A stretch of 60,974 bases of DNA, the filler included, from Basidiobolus ranarum (lineage: Eukaryota): the NCBI GenBank assembly GCA_040143965.1. It is 10 parts of 10 records of this genome, joined end to end, with 100 filler letters (N's around TTAATTAATTAA, not from the genome) between each part and the next. Parts side by side here need not be neighbours in the genome. Positions count along the whole stretch, not along the records: positions 24,465 to 30,474 come from JASJQH010001438.1; positions 30,575 to 36,579 come from JASJQH010001439.1; positions 36,680 to 42,682 come from JASJQH010001440.1; 7 more parts are not named here. One strand, written 5' to 3'. Numbering within the stretch: the stretch's first letter is position 1; every line of letters begins with the position of its first letter. Below, piece after piece: positions 25,355 through 37,330 of this stretch. A program made the translations under genes and the position numbers. A model generated the notes under the pieces. That model was given only the letters and a program-made list of their open reading frames with translations. It made no database searches and was not told where the DNA came from.

Positions 25355-26053
25355 TAGCTTTTAAACAGTTAGAAGCCTTCTATAAAGAAAACCTATAATA
25401 AACCACTGGTTGTTAATATTCACCTTAACATATTTCTCACAGATGACCACAAGCCTTGCACATACGTTCCTAAACATATTCGGTTTGTTTATTTCTTGAC
25501 AATGTATCAATAGCATAAATAGCCACTTGAAGGCCAATAAGTGGATTAAACAAAGGATATCCGTTAATCTTAGTTCTGACCACTAGTGATTAAAGTGATT
25601 ACTAACCCTTTATCCATCCATCCACCGCACTTTTGATTTTTTGATTCTCTTATATAAGGACTTACCTAACCTTATGTACTAATTTCTCACTAGTGATTTT
25701 TTACGTTAATCTTTGCAACTTTCTCTTAGCTATAATATGTACATTGACGTACTTGTCATAATATTTGCATTTTGTGTATTAGCTAAAACTTGATTCAACT
25801 AAATATTTTCCAGTTTTTTGCTTAATAATCCAAAGATGGCTTTTTTCTCATTGTCCAATGAGCGCTCGTATCATGGTGCCTTTTGGTTCTGCGCTGATTA
25901 GGGTCGTTGGAGCCAAGAGTCACTATTTTGATTTCCCATGCGCTTACAAATCAATGCAAAGAGACAACAGTCACACAAAATGCTTTAGCAAAATATATAA
26001 AGGGAAATTCGTCACATCGGTATGTTGTTTTCTCAGCACTCAGGTATTATCAC

Positions 26054-27007
26054 ATGTCTTCTACTATTCTCATCGTAGGCGCAACCGGCAACACCGGTAA
26101 GAGCGCTGTCCGCAAACTCTCTTCACTGTTGGAATCAAAGAAGAGCAACCACTTCAGCCGAATCCTTGGCCTGACTCGCTCCATGAACAGCCCTGCTTCC
26201 CAAAGCCTCGCCAAGTTACCTTTTGTTGAGATGCAAGAGAAAGACTGGACCACAATTGATGCTAATTGGCTCAAGGAGCAAGGGGTAGTTAGGGTTTACG
26301 TTGCACCGCACAACTTGCCACACCAATTTGTTGATGAATCTAGACTCTACCTTGCTTTATTGGACGCTGGTGTCAAGTACCTTGTAAAGATTTCGACAAA
26401 TGTAGAATTCATTAGCCCTAATAACCCAATCTACTACGGCCGTTCTCACTGGGCAGCTGAAAATCTGTTAAGCCAGCCTGAGTTCAGACACTTGCAATGG
26501 ACTTCTCTCCGGCCACACTATTTCACTCCCCTCTACCTCACTTTTGTACCTGATTGGATTAAGCAGTTTAAGAAAACTGGAGAACAGACAAAGTTTACAA
26601 CATTACTGGCCGCTGATGTTCCTGTCGCATTGATCGACCCAAACGACGTAGGCGAGATTGGGGCCCATCTCCTAGCCCTTGACGACCCCACTCCACACAA
26701 CCAAGCTAAATATGTTCTCAGTGGACCCGAGGATGTGACTGGGAAGCAAGTCTTGGAGACAGTGGAGAAGTTCATTGGCACTAAAGTACAAGATGTCGAG
26801 TACAAGGATACAAGCTTTCTCACTGATCTAGTCGTGAGGGGTCTTTACCCAGAGAAGCATCTGTCATCGCTTTTGGAGGGTTGTAACCCTTTGTGGTTGG
26901 GTAAATGCTCACTTTCTGGTGCACCAACAAGCAAGAAAATAATCGAACTTGCCCCTCCTAAACGCACATTTGTTGACACTTTGAATGATCTAGTGGAAGA
27001 AAAGTAA
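26054..27007 (+). CDS. NmrA-like atypical SDR, NAD(P)-binding
   Basis: MSSTILIVGATGNTG Rossmann motif, WTSLRP, VALIDPNDVG, YVLSGPEDVT; TATATAA ~60 nt upstream. Confidence 0.92.
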   Translation: MSSTILIVGATGNTGKSAVRKLSSLLESKKSNHFSRILGLTRSMNSPASQSLAKLPFVEMQEKDWTTIDANWLKEQGVVRVYVAPHNLPHQFVDESRLYLALLDAGVKYLVKISTNVEFISPNNPIYYGRSHWAAENLLSQPEFRHLQWTSLRPHYFTPLYLTFVPDWIKQFKKTGEQTKFTTLLAADVPVALIDPNDVGEIGAHLLALDDPTPHNQAKYVLSGPEDVTGKQVLETVEKFIGTKVQDVEYKDTSFLTDLVVRGLYPEKHLSSLLEGCNPLWLGKCSLSGAPTSKKIIELAPPKRTFVDTLNDLVEEK

Positions 27008-28640
27008 AAGAGAAATTCCAGTGAATGATCGACCTCCCCTCCCTCATAGTGGTATAAAGCACTATGCAATAAGATGCTTCTGAGCCTTTTGATGATGTAT
27101 TACAGACTCTTCAATAGTCAATGTGTCTTTTCTTGTATGTATCCCAAATAAACTCTCAGTTTTGTATTCAAACTTCAACTTTGAATGTGATTAGTTTTTC
27201 TTGTTATGTATAATTGAATTTTGCTCTATACTTGAAAGAACTATTTGATGATGAAAAGAATCATGATGTTCTTGGAATGGCTCCTTGTTCTTTTACTGCT
27301 TCTGCGTTTGGAATAAGTGAAAAATAAATCATGAATGAACAGTAACACTAACCCTAAATCATGAATGGACAGTCAGACTCTGTACTATATAAATAACCCT
27401 TATCTCCAATAGGCTCTCCAAAATTTTGGCTGAATCTGAGTTTTTTCAGATTATGCGTGAACAGGTTCATGCATTGAGAGCTTCATATTTGTCTCTTACA
27501 TTTGTCAATCAATATAGGTAAGTTATTCAGAGCTTTATTATATGGGCTTTGTTCTTTTCTATGCTGATTTTGGATTTGACCCTCCTATGATTTTTTATTA
27601 TTATTCATCTGCATAGTGACAGTCAATAGTGATTGTATTAATGTCAACACTAGGCTCCAGAGGAAAATATCCTCAACATGAATCATAACCATCAAGCCTC
27701 CACCCAACTAGTCCCTCAGAAACTCAAGCAACAGATAGACACCACTCTGCCCAACTGATGAAATATTGATAGGCACTATTTAAAGGCACCAACTTGCATA
27801 TATGTTTAACTGAAGGTTTTAGGTATTATTAAAGTTATTCAAGCATTGTTTTAGATGCTATACCAGACTTGTCCTACAGGCTTTCAAGCAGTTCTTGTTG
27901 TGTGCACACAGGTATAGCATTTTCAAACGTACACATTCATTTCACAGTCATTATTTCAATGGCAGTAAACTTTTTATAGAAGTGTAAAATCTTATGCTAG
28001 CATTATTGTGGGAATATTTGGTATCAATTAGCTCACAATATTTTCCAGACACTTTGTTTGCCCAATTTTTAAGAAATCAGAACTATACAAGGCAAGGTTT
28101 TGCATCAATGAAACATTACTCTTGTACAATATAGGATAATGGATATCAATTGCCTAGAAAATTTTAAACAAATTGTTGATGCTGCCAACCTCTAAATATT
28201 TTTTAGGCATCTTGGGCCTGAAAATCAACACTCTTCTGGTTGTTCTGGCAAAGGAGGTTGGTATTAGTATGCCAGTTGTGAAAGCTGTTATATTGTTTCA
28301 TCAACTGTGACAGCACAAGCAAACTGATTTAAATTGGACAAAGCATGTGCTACTTTTGCTGAATTCCCAAATACCTGATCAGTTACCACATTCCATGGTA
28401 AAGATTAGCAAGGATCAAATGATAACTGCAAGGGTAGTCAAAGAGTCTAGCATTTGCTGAACTGGTTTCTGTAGCTTCATGTGGACTGTGGATTACATAA
28501 TTGAAGCCTTCATCTGATGCTTCATAGTTTGAATCACCTGCTGGCAGTTGTGGAGCAACTACTATGCCACCCCCTGATGCATGAGTGAAACATGCAATAC
28601 CTAAATACTAAACTGTATATGGTAGAGTAATAAGAGGGCA

Positions 28641-29760
28641 TGTTGGAAAAGATTTGGAGCACCAGTTAAATCTGGTAGTTTTCATTTATTGATTATTTGA
28701 GTTGAGAGTTGACATTTGTATTTTTGTCATGGTGTAGACAAGCAAATGGGTCAATTGTGTTAAGGAAGGTCTCAGGAACATGTGGCAAGGTAGGGGGCTT
28801 CTAGCACAAGTTTGAAGTAGCTATATATCTGAGAACTTCTAAGTTGGTAAAAATATTCCAAGTGAATTCCAATTGAAATTAATAGGTAATATCTTTGTGA
28901 AATACAGGATTACTAAATACTAACAATCTGAGACTATATGGGTGTTTAGAAAATGCCATTTTTGACCCTTTCCCCTAGCTAAATAGGCATACATACTGAT
29001 CTCAAGGAAGTTTTAAATTTCTCAAACTTCTGTCTAGCTAATGGTTTAGTTATTATACCAGCAATCATACATTCAGTAGTAAAATAATTGAACATAATAA
29101 ACTTATTATGTATAGGCTTGCTTATAAAATGAAGTTTAATAGCCATATGTTTACTTCTGGTATGAAGCATGGGATTTATAGCTAATTTGTTACAACTGTG
29201 ATTTTCTTGAAATATTATAGTTGGTGAATTTTGAGACTAGCCTCAACCTATTAACAGTTTTCTTAACCATATAGATATCCTCAGCAAGCTAATCATTCAA
29301 GAATGCTGTTGTAACATCCATTTAGTTTATAATAAACTTATTTTTGGCTACAATTTCTATCCTCAATATAGTCACATTGTACTTTGCCGGAGGAGCAAAT
29401 GTTTCTGTATAACCTATTCCATGAGTTTGGGGATAGCCTTTGGCAACTAGTCTAGCACAGTGCCTTTCTATATTACCATCAGAGCTGTATTTAACTCAAA
29501 GCATCTATCAATGGCCAAATGAGTTTCTGTCTTCAGTTAAGTTGGTTAAAATCCAAATTTCTATATCAATCATAGCTTAGTACCCATCAGCAGTTGTAGT
29601 TATCTAAAAGTTTGTGTGAGGACCATTTAGGGCCCCTTACAGTCTAAGGCTTGTATATTTGAGCTAAACAGGCATAGGCCCAATTTGGGGACTCATTGGT
29701 ATAGTAATAAGGGCCATTTTGGATCCAAATGGATCTCCAAGTTTGGCACAAATGCACTGT
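28641..29760 (-). mobile_element. Degenerate Ty1/copia 3' end: RT and RNase H remnants, polypurine tract, 3' LTR (28641-~28967)
   Basis: ARLVAKGYPQTHGIGYTETFAP; RSKHMAIKLHF...MIAGIITKPL; AGGGGAAAG tract adjoining a family-1 LTR. Confidence 0.88.
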
Positions 29761-30129
29761 GACTTCAGGCAATGTATTGAGCACTTTATTAGCCTCAAAT
29801 TTGGTTCTCATTGTAAGCTGATTTTATTTATACCAAAACCTCAAACACATTGATAAAACATACACTCTTTCCTAGAAAAACTAATAAAGACATCTTTAAA
29901 GTATGTCTTCAAACTAAATAAATGGAGGGATGGGAAGAAAGTTCTTTAAAATAATCCAGGCAATAATCTTAGCCAACTTTGTGCTATCTATAAGCTATTG
30001 ATTAAAACTGAACCTAAACAAGAAAAGAATCTGTTGCATACTTGTCTCATATTCAACATCTCAGTTGACCTTACTTTTGACACATATATCAGTAACAAAA
30101 TGCAACATACCTACACTTTTATACTCTAA

Positions 30130-30474
30130 TTATGCCATTGCATTGTCTCCTCCTTTTCTGGCACTACTATAACTATCACTATATCCGTGCTTTGCAGCAT
30201 TGTAAGCACTATCTCCATTGCCATTATCCCGTCCATTACCAGAAACACCGTTGTCATAGCCATTTCTGTTTCCAGTATCATAAGCACCAGCTCCATCGCC
30301 GTTGTTGCCATTGTCTCCTCCAGTTCCGGCACCAATGCTACCATCTCCTTTGCCATAATCACTATTTCCAGTATTATAGCGCAAGCTCCATTACTACTCC
30401 CATTTCCAACACCATGCGTATTAGCTCCATTGCCATTATCCCTGCCATTACCTAAACCACCGTTGTCATCACCG
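30130..30474 (-). CDS. 3' end of a Gly/Asn/Asp-rich repeat protein with an apparent 1-nt frameshift near 30378
   Basis: GNGRDNGNG-type units on both sides of the shift; cut by the contig end. Confidence 0.55.
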
Positions 30475-30574
30475 NNNNNNNNNNNNNNNNNNNNNNNNNN
30501 NNNNNNNNNNNNNNNNNNTTAATTAATTAANNNNNNNNNNNNNNNNNNNNNNNNNNNNNNNNNNNNNNNNNNNN

Positions 30575-30767
30575 CAGACAAACGGCTTGCCAAGAATCTT
30601 CAAGAGAAGTTTGGGAATGATAGTATATTAATACTTGGTAACTGGTCGTGACCAATACTACTGAGGCAACTACTGAAGTTTCTCCCCTTCGTCTTTGGAA
30701 TCGTGACATGGCTGCAACTTTAAGCTTTAGACATATCTTTTTTAGCTTGCGCTCAAATGCAGATTAA
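30575..30767 (+). pseudogene. Fanzor (eukaryotic TnpB-like) C-terminal remnant with an internal deletion
   Basis: DKRLAKNLQEKFGNDSILILGNWS* (30577-30651), then in another frame LRLWNRDMAATLSFRHIFFSLRSN; both resemble fungal Fanzor1 RuvC-region motifs. Confidence 0.75.
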
Positions 30768-30936
30768 AGGAACATCTCTCTGCTGGGTATCAAAGAAAGG
30801 GTATCTTGCCAGCTAGCAGCAGTCGGACAACGAAAAAAGTAAACAATCTGTGTGTTTATCGCAACACTAAACTTTTGATACAGAGTAAGTCTCAACACTT
30901 TTTCCTTTGCCATGTGTCTACAAAAAGAATTGTCAT

Positions 30937-31043
30937 TGTCTAATTTTTTTGTTCACTTGTCTTCAATTTTTTGCGATCGTCTCATTTATTTTATGAAATG
31001 TCTAATTTTTTTAATTCGTCTCATTTTAGATTACAACACTGTA
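30937..31043 (+). mobile_element. Tc1/mariner-type right end with subterminal repeats and a TA target site
   Basis: Ends ...CAACACTG|TA (TA|CAGTG on the other strand); TGTCTAATTTTTTT at 30937 and 30999, TCGTCTCATTT at 30977 and 31016. Confidence 0.7.
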
Positions 31044-31188
31044 AAACCTGAGTAAGCATTAAATGCAAACAGAAGATCACTGTGAAAGGAATCTGATTAA
31101 AGGTATCATTGGGTTTATTCTGAGTCTAGGGAGTCTTATTCTATAAAATAGGTTGTATATACAGGCTGAAAGCAAATCAGAACAGCTT

Positions 31189-32265
31189 TCACAATCCTTC
31201 TTTGGGGTGCATCCATCCGAATTTATCTTCGACTTCACCCTTTTGAATACCCCGGACAGTTTGATAAAGTCGGTTGAATCCAACATCTAATCCCTCCTTT
31301 TCGCTGGTGACGATAACCTTGGTACCACGAACAATGGTTTTGATAGGCGTAACTACTACGGCAGAACCACAGGCAACAATTTCCTGGAATTTATGGTCCT
31401 CGATTTCTTGAAAAGCGACTGGGCGCGTTTCAACATCCCATCCAAAAGACTTGGCAAGCTCACATAGGGATCGACGGGTAATGGACTGCAAAATAGAGGG
31501 TGAGTCCGGGGTAACCAAAGTACATTTCTCACCATTAGGATCATGAGTGATGGCCAAGAAATTGGAAGTAGCAAATTCCTCCACATAGGTATGGGTTTTT
31601 GCATCCAAAAACAAGGTAATGGGGAATCCTTGTTGGTGAGCCTCGATATTAGAATTAAGGCATGGGGCATAATTTCCACCCAGTTTAGCGGAACCAACCC
31701 CTTGGGGTGCTGTACGATCGAAATCATCGACAATCATTGCTGGTACAGGCTTGACACCTCCTTAATAGTAAGAACCTACGGGAACACAGAATACAATAAG
31801 TGTGTATTCTCCAGCTGGATTCATGCCTACTTGTGGTCCGGATCCAATGAGTAATGGGCGAATGTAAAGGGATCCGTCAGTTCCGTAAGGAGGAACATAA
31901 GCAATGTTTTCTTTAACTGCTCTTTCAACAGCTTCCACAAACAGCTCTACAGGTGGTGCTTCCATAGCCGAACATTTGGCAGAATGTTGCATGCGCTCGG
32001 CGTTAGCATGAGGGCGGAAGATACGTACCTTTCCATCTTTACCGTAGTAAGCTTTTAACCCTTCGAAACACTCCTGACCGTAATGAAGTACTGTAGCGGC
32101 AATATGAAGGGTGATATAAGGCTCGTATACAATTTCGCCTTCATTCCACTTTCCATCACGCCAAGTGTATTTCACATGGCACTTTGTAGGGCGATAGCCA
32201 AAACTTAAGTTGGCCCAGTCTAGATCAACGACGTCGTTAGTTTGGCTTTGTTGTTCAATAGTCAT
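31189..32265 (-). pseudogene. Branched-chain amino acid aminotransferase interrupted by one in-frame TAA (31762-31764)
   Basis: LHYGQECFEGLKAY, SLYIRP, KLGGNY (PLP lysine), EEFATSNF, ACGSAVVVTPI; the two ORFs share a frame: SYY*GGVKPVPAM. Confidence 0.9.
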
Positions 32266-33309
32266 GATGATATTTCGATGTCGAGAAGTGATAGCTGTAT
32301 GGGCAATTTATACACAACTTCGCTGAAGCCTTTGGCACGGAACTTTTCGGGTGGCTGTTTGGAGGATATCAGATAAACCTATGTTGGTTACCAAACTAGG
32401 TGAAGTATTGAACACTTGACCCTCTTCACAACCAAAGTTTGACCGCGTTTTTGTTCAATTCGTTGACTGAAATATATATCCAGTAGGATGTCTACAACGA
32501 CAGTATATCCGGGATCCTGAGAAGTCGGAAATCGATTGGAGACTATCAGTCATTTACCATAATGAAGTGTTGACATCTCCACAGTTCACAATGTATTCTT
32601 AGACTCTCTAGCTCGATGGATTTAGTAGAAATGGCAATGTGCTAATTTGTTCCTCTTCGTGGCCGATTAAGTCTACAGGTTTGGCATGCAAATAATGGAT
32701 ATTTAGTACAACAGAATCATGCCGCAGCTGCCTATAGAATTGAAACCATGAAAAATCGAATCAGCGAAACGGTTTTTTGCCGTAAATATCTTCGAAATTC
32801 AAATCTTATCGACCTGTTGAGTTAGTAGATAGAAAAGAGCTCTGGATATATTTGGAACTTTGACATCACATAGATTATTTTGGTGCGTAGATGTATGTTC
32901 TAGGGATGGACCATGGACAGTAACCACCAATCACTATGTGCTGATACCATATAGATCTACCAAATTGATGCATACGTGATATCTATTTCCTAAAGAGGGC
33001 CTAATCTGTTTTGGGTACATACCAAATGGGCCTAGATAAAATGAATTAATGAGTTCACGAACGTACTTAGTAACAATATCCTGAAAACGCAACATCAAAC
33101 TACGAGAAATGGGAACCGATTGCATTGCAGCTATGAATTATATTTCCGTGTACTTCGTATTTGTCTAAAGCAAGTCTTTTTTTATTTAAAGATTATATTA
33201 CGCGCCTCACCAAGAGATCGGAACAATTGGACACTATAGAAAAGGCTTCTTGTTTTTCTACAGGCAAGCCCAAAATATTTATCCAGCTAGATCCGAAATG
33301 CATCCAGGC

Positions 33310-33819
33310 CTAATTTGTCCGCTTACCAAAAGTGTTCTCTACAGTAGGTATGGTTGCCATCCAAGGAACGCACCCGTTATTTCTTTGCGTATTAATGTAT
33401 GTCTCACATGAAAAGTCCTTAGCGCGTCCAAGCTTTCTTTCTGCAAATACCGTAGCATTCTGATAAATGGTAACACAATCCACTGGCAATTCAACGTTGG
33501 CAATAGGACAGAACCCACGCATACATAACCGAAACTGGTTCTCACATGTATACTTACTAGCTCCACAAGTCGCGTAGCAAATATCTTTCAGATCACAACA
33601 GGGTGCATAGGCACCGTTTGATTCCTTTCGAATTGACTCGCATCCAATATTGCTGAGCCAGCCTCCAGAAGGTAATGCCGACGGACATGAGATAGGTTGT
33701 GCTCCAGGTGCCCACAAAACATCAACGTTCCGTAGCAAGTATTCATCACCGACTACGAGACTGCCATAAAGTGAGCAAATAAAAAGGAATCCCTGACTAA
33801 GGAGATGATTGGCTTTCAT
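33310..33819 (-). CDS. Secreted group XII phospholipase A2-like protein
   Basis: Signal peptide; NIGC and CCDLKDICYATCGASKYTCENQFRLCMRGFC cysteine pattern. Confidence 0.8.
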   Translation of the reverse strand: MKANHLLSQGFLFICSLYGSLVVGDEYLLRNVDVLWAPGAQPISCPSALPSGGWLSNIGCESIRKESNGAYAPCCDLKDICYATCGASKYTCENQFRLCMRGFCPIANVELPVDCVTIYQNATVFAERKLGRAKDFSCETYINTQRNNGCVPWMATIPTVENTFGKRTN

Positions 33820-35374
33820 CTTGATGGAGCTAAAACGTGATGCAACTGCAATCAATAATAAGTTTTGCTAACAAGATATTAGGTGGCGACGAAAAATCTA
33901 GGAACTAAAAGCACTCGACCGCTTTTGTTCAACTTTCAAATTCTACCCAGTTTTATTATCAAGGGGAATTTCAAGTTGGGCTCACTGTTAAACACGTCAC
34001 ATGGAATGTCTGAGAGCTCTAACGTACTGAAACGAATCTACCAACAGACCCTGTAACGTAGATGTTTGTTTTGATGCATGCTACATTGCCAGTTTGGAGT
34101 TCGAAACACGCACCGCACAAGATCCCCAATATTCTGGTATGTCCTTATCCACAGGGCTGTTCTGATCGTTTTGACTAATCCAATCGACAATATACCAGAA
34201 TTTAGTAATGGCCCTTAAAAATATTAGCCTGGACAGGGTCAGTTAGGGTCCTGGAAATCACATCTCGTGAAATAACAGTGCACTGTTTGTCGTTGTTTCT
34301 AGATGTTAAATTAAGCGCCTGCATCATACCCGAAGTCTGGGGAGTCTCTAGCCCCGTACATGTGCCATCATTGGTCGCTACGAAATGGGACTCAAGAAAA
34401 CTTTGAGTGTATGGTTATTTTACACCGTTACTTGCGATAAATATCCTTACAAAACACAATGCAATAACCAATCTCAGTGGAATCAGGAGGCCCTGGTTTC
34501 TAGGCTCAAATCGATTTCCATCGGTTTGGATGGTAATTGGTTTTACAAGTTCCTTAAACCGCTCGTATATGGTTTGCTACACCCAATTCAATCACAATAT
34601 TGTGACAAATGCAAATGAACCATTGAGACCAATATGCCCTGGAGATAGTCTCTCATGTCCACCTTAATTACCCTCTCGTACATCATTTAGGCCGTCTCAG
34701 GAACCTCAAGCTAATGTCACTAAACATTTTCATCAATAATCGGCCTGCGAACAACCCAAATAAATTACTCCAATAGAATATATCTATTTTCCAAAAACAA
34801 ACCGCACAATGTGAGATAATTTTGCTATTGAAATTAGAGAACACCCTATGTTCGTAAATTTAGTTCTTTCTGCTCACCAACCGTATGGACCTCTATTTAA
34901 TGTTAATCGATATGATCATAATTTCTTGACAATAAACCATTTTCGATGAGGGTTGTGGATGATTTCCATACATGCCTCCTTTGTATCTCGATTAGCGGCA
35001 TGCTCTATTGGATATTCCTAGCATTAAGGATGTACTTTCCAATCGTCCCAAATACCGTTGTGGCTAATTTAGGTAGAATGCAACCGCATGGAAATCTTCA
35101 GATTATGAATATTGTCATTTAAGATGTTACTCCTCTCTAGGTTAAAGGAGAGATGTTCAATATAAAACCAAGGATGTTCATACGAATTTTCTCATAACCT
35201 CTTTGCATCAACGTGTTTATCTATCCTTCACACATAAACGCTTCAACAAGAAATCCACGTCGAAACCTTGTAATCTATTTACGGATATCTTAGGTCACTA
35301 CCAAAATACCAACAAAAGGATAGTCATTCTAGATTCGATCTTCGTCAAGCCTCGTAATACAAAAGCTTTTAAAA

Positions 35375-36579
35375 ATGATTTTTACTGCTAAATTGAAGAT
35401 CTCCGCTTTATTATTAATTTTGCCATTTGGAATATGGTCGCAATCCTGCGGGAAGGTAGCACAACGTCGAGAAGTGCGCTCATTAAGTGTAACCGAGTTG
35501 CAGGCTTTTATCAAAGCAGTTCAAGACCTCCATACAGGTCCTGCTCCAACCAAATATGATGAACTCGCCAACATACATGCAACATATTTTAGTGAAGCTC
35601 ATAACAATGCAGCTTTCTTTCCGTGGCATCGTAAGTTTATCAAAGATTTCGAATTGGCTTTGCAAAAGCAAAACCCTAATGTTCAACTACCTTATTGGGT
35701 GAGTACAGAATTTTCTCTTCAAAACCCTTCAGTATCAGAGTTTCTAACTTTTCTCTTCAACAATTAGGATTGGAGTTTGGATTCACAATCGCCCGCAGAG
35801 AGTGGGATATTTTCCTCAGACTTTTTCGGTGGTAATGGCGACTCCAGCAATAATTATTGTCTAACGGATGGTCCGTTTGCGGGTTGGACCATGAACTATC
35901 CTGACGTTCATTGTCTCAAACGACAATTTGATGGAACTGACCCTAATACAATTGAGCCATTTTACTCCCCAGAGGCCTTAAAATACGTTACCAGTAGATC
36001 TAAGAGTTACGCCACTTTACACCGGAATATTGAATCGCCACCTCACGGGGTAGTTCACGTTGGAATTGGTGGCGATCAAGGAGATATGGCCTTTGCTACC
36101 AGCACTAATGAGTAGGTTTTATATATTTAATTATCCAGAAAAAAGATGTAAACCAACGATATGATTTTCAATTATAGTCCCTTATTCTGGCTACATCATG
36201 CGTTCATAGATAAAATTTGGGCTGATTGGCAACGCTCAAATCCTACTAAATCCAGTGACTATGGTGGGAATGGGCCTAGAAATACCAAAGCGGCTCTTGG
36301 CGATATCATGATCCCCTTTAATATCACTGTAAAGTCCATGTTAGACACTACCAAAGCAGGCCTTTGTTACCAGTATGCTCCGTCACCATCTACAAATATC
36401 GTATCACCCTTACGCAAGCGTTCGGGGAATAATAGTACAACCACCATACCTCCAAGTGACCAGAAAGAAAGCGCTACTGACTATTGGTACAAACTCCAGT
36501 TACCTAAGCCATTACCTGAAGCCTATATTCACATGATGGGTATGAGTGTTCCGCAGGGTAGATCAATCGAGAAGGATTG
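35375..36579 (+). CDS. Secreted tyrosinase (di-copper), 3'-truncated; introns 35699-35767 and 36112-36177
   Basis: Signal peptide, RREVRSL, CuA H...AHNNAAFFPWHR, LPYW|DWSLD, CuB PHGVVH...DPLFWLHHAFID. Confidence 0.95.
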
Positions 36580-36709
36580 NNNNNNNNNNNNNNNNNNNNN
36601 NNNNNNNNNNNNNNNNNNNNNNNTTAATTAATTAANNNNNNNNNNNNNNNNNNNNNNNNNNNNNNNNNNNNNNNNNNNNAAATGGAACTAAAACTAATTA
36701 CCTTCATGC

Positions 36710-37079
36710 TCATGAGCCTAGTATGGTTATGAGTTTACCTTTAATCGTATTAGCTTTAGCAAGTATACTTATCCCCAGAGGTGCCCCCAAGATCCACTTC
36801 AATTTCTCCAACTCCCAGAGCTTCAAGTGGCCAGTCATCTCCCATATAAACATTCTTGTTTGTATCAGTTTTGAGTGTCTTAAACCAGTTTTTTTAATTA
36901 GAGAAATGCTGAGAGGCTCCAGAATCAATATACCACAAGCTAGAGTCTTGTTCAGAGGTCACTGATAGGGCAGAAACAAATAAAACATCCTCTTTGGTAG
37001 AAACCTGATTTGCTTGTTCTGACTTTGCATTTTGTTGTAATTTCTTGATTTGCAATCTTTTATCTTGTGTCCTAACTAA
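36710..37079 (-). mobile_element. Copia aspartic protease remnant
   Basis: WYIDSGASQHF followed by an in-frame stop, then VYMGDD...ALGVGEI. Confidence 0.8.
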
Positions 37080-37330
37080 CACTGGATTTGTGTTCAGAAC
37101 ATCTGTGGGAGTAAAATGAGCAATCTTTGGGGCAATTTGGACAAGTTTGAAATTTCTAATATGGAACTGCTAACTCTCACATTATTCACATATATATATA
37201 TAATATATTTTCCAATTTTCAGCTAAGTGATATTTGACTAAGTAATGTTTACTAACTTATATATTATATATGAAATAGTTAGGTGTATAAAGATAGAGAT
37301 TACAAATATGATAAAGACAATAAACTTCAA
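37080..37330 (-). repeat. ~250-nt dispersed repeat with a CACTG end; inverted copy at 58868-59114
   Basis: Reverse complement aligns across its full length with the contig-10 copy. Confidence 0.8.

Noticed and set aside
27200-28600. CpG-poor region, probably a decayed DNA transposon
   Set aside because: No diagnostic motif or terminus could be identified
30575-36579. Fanzor, BCAT, PLA2 and tyrosinase as one functional cluster
   Set aside because: The transposon ends at 31041, before BCAT, and the genes share no pathway logic
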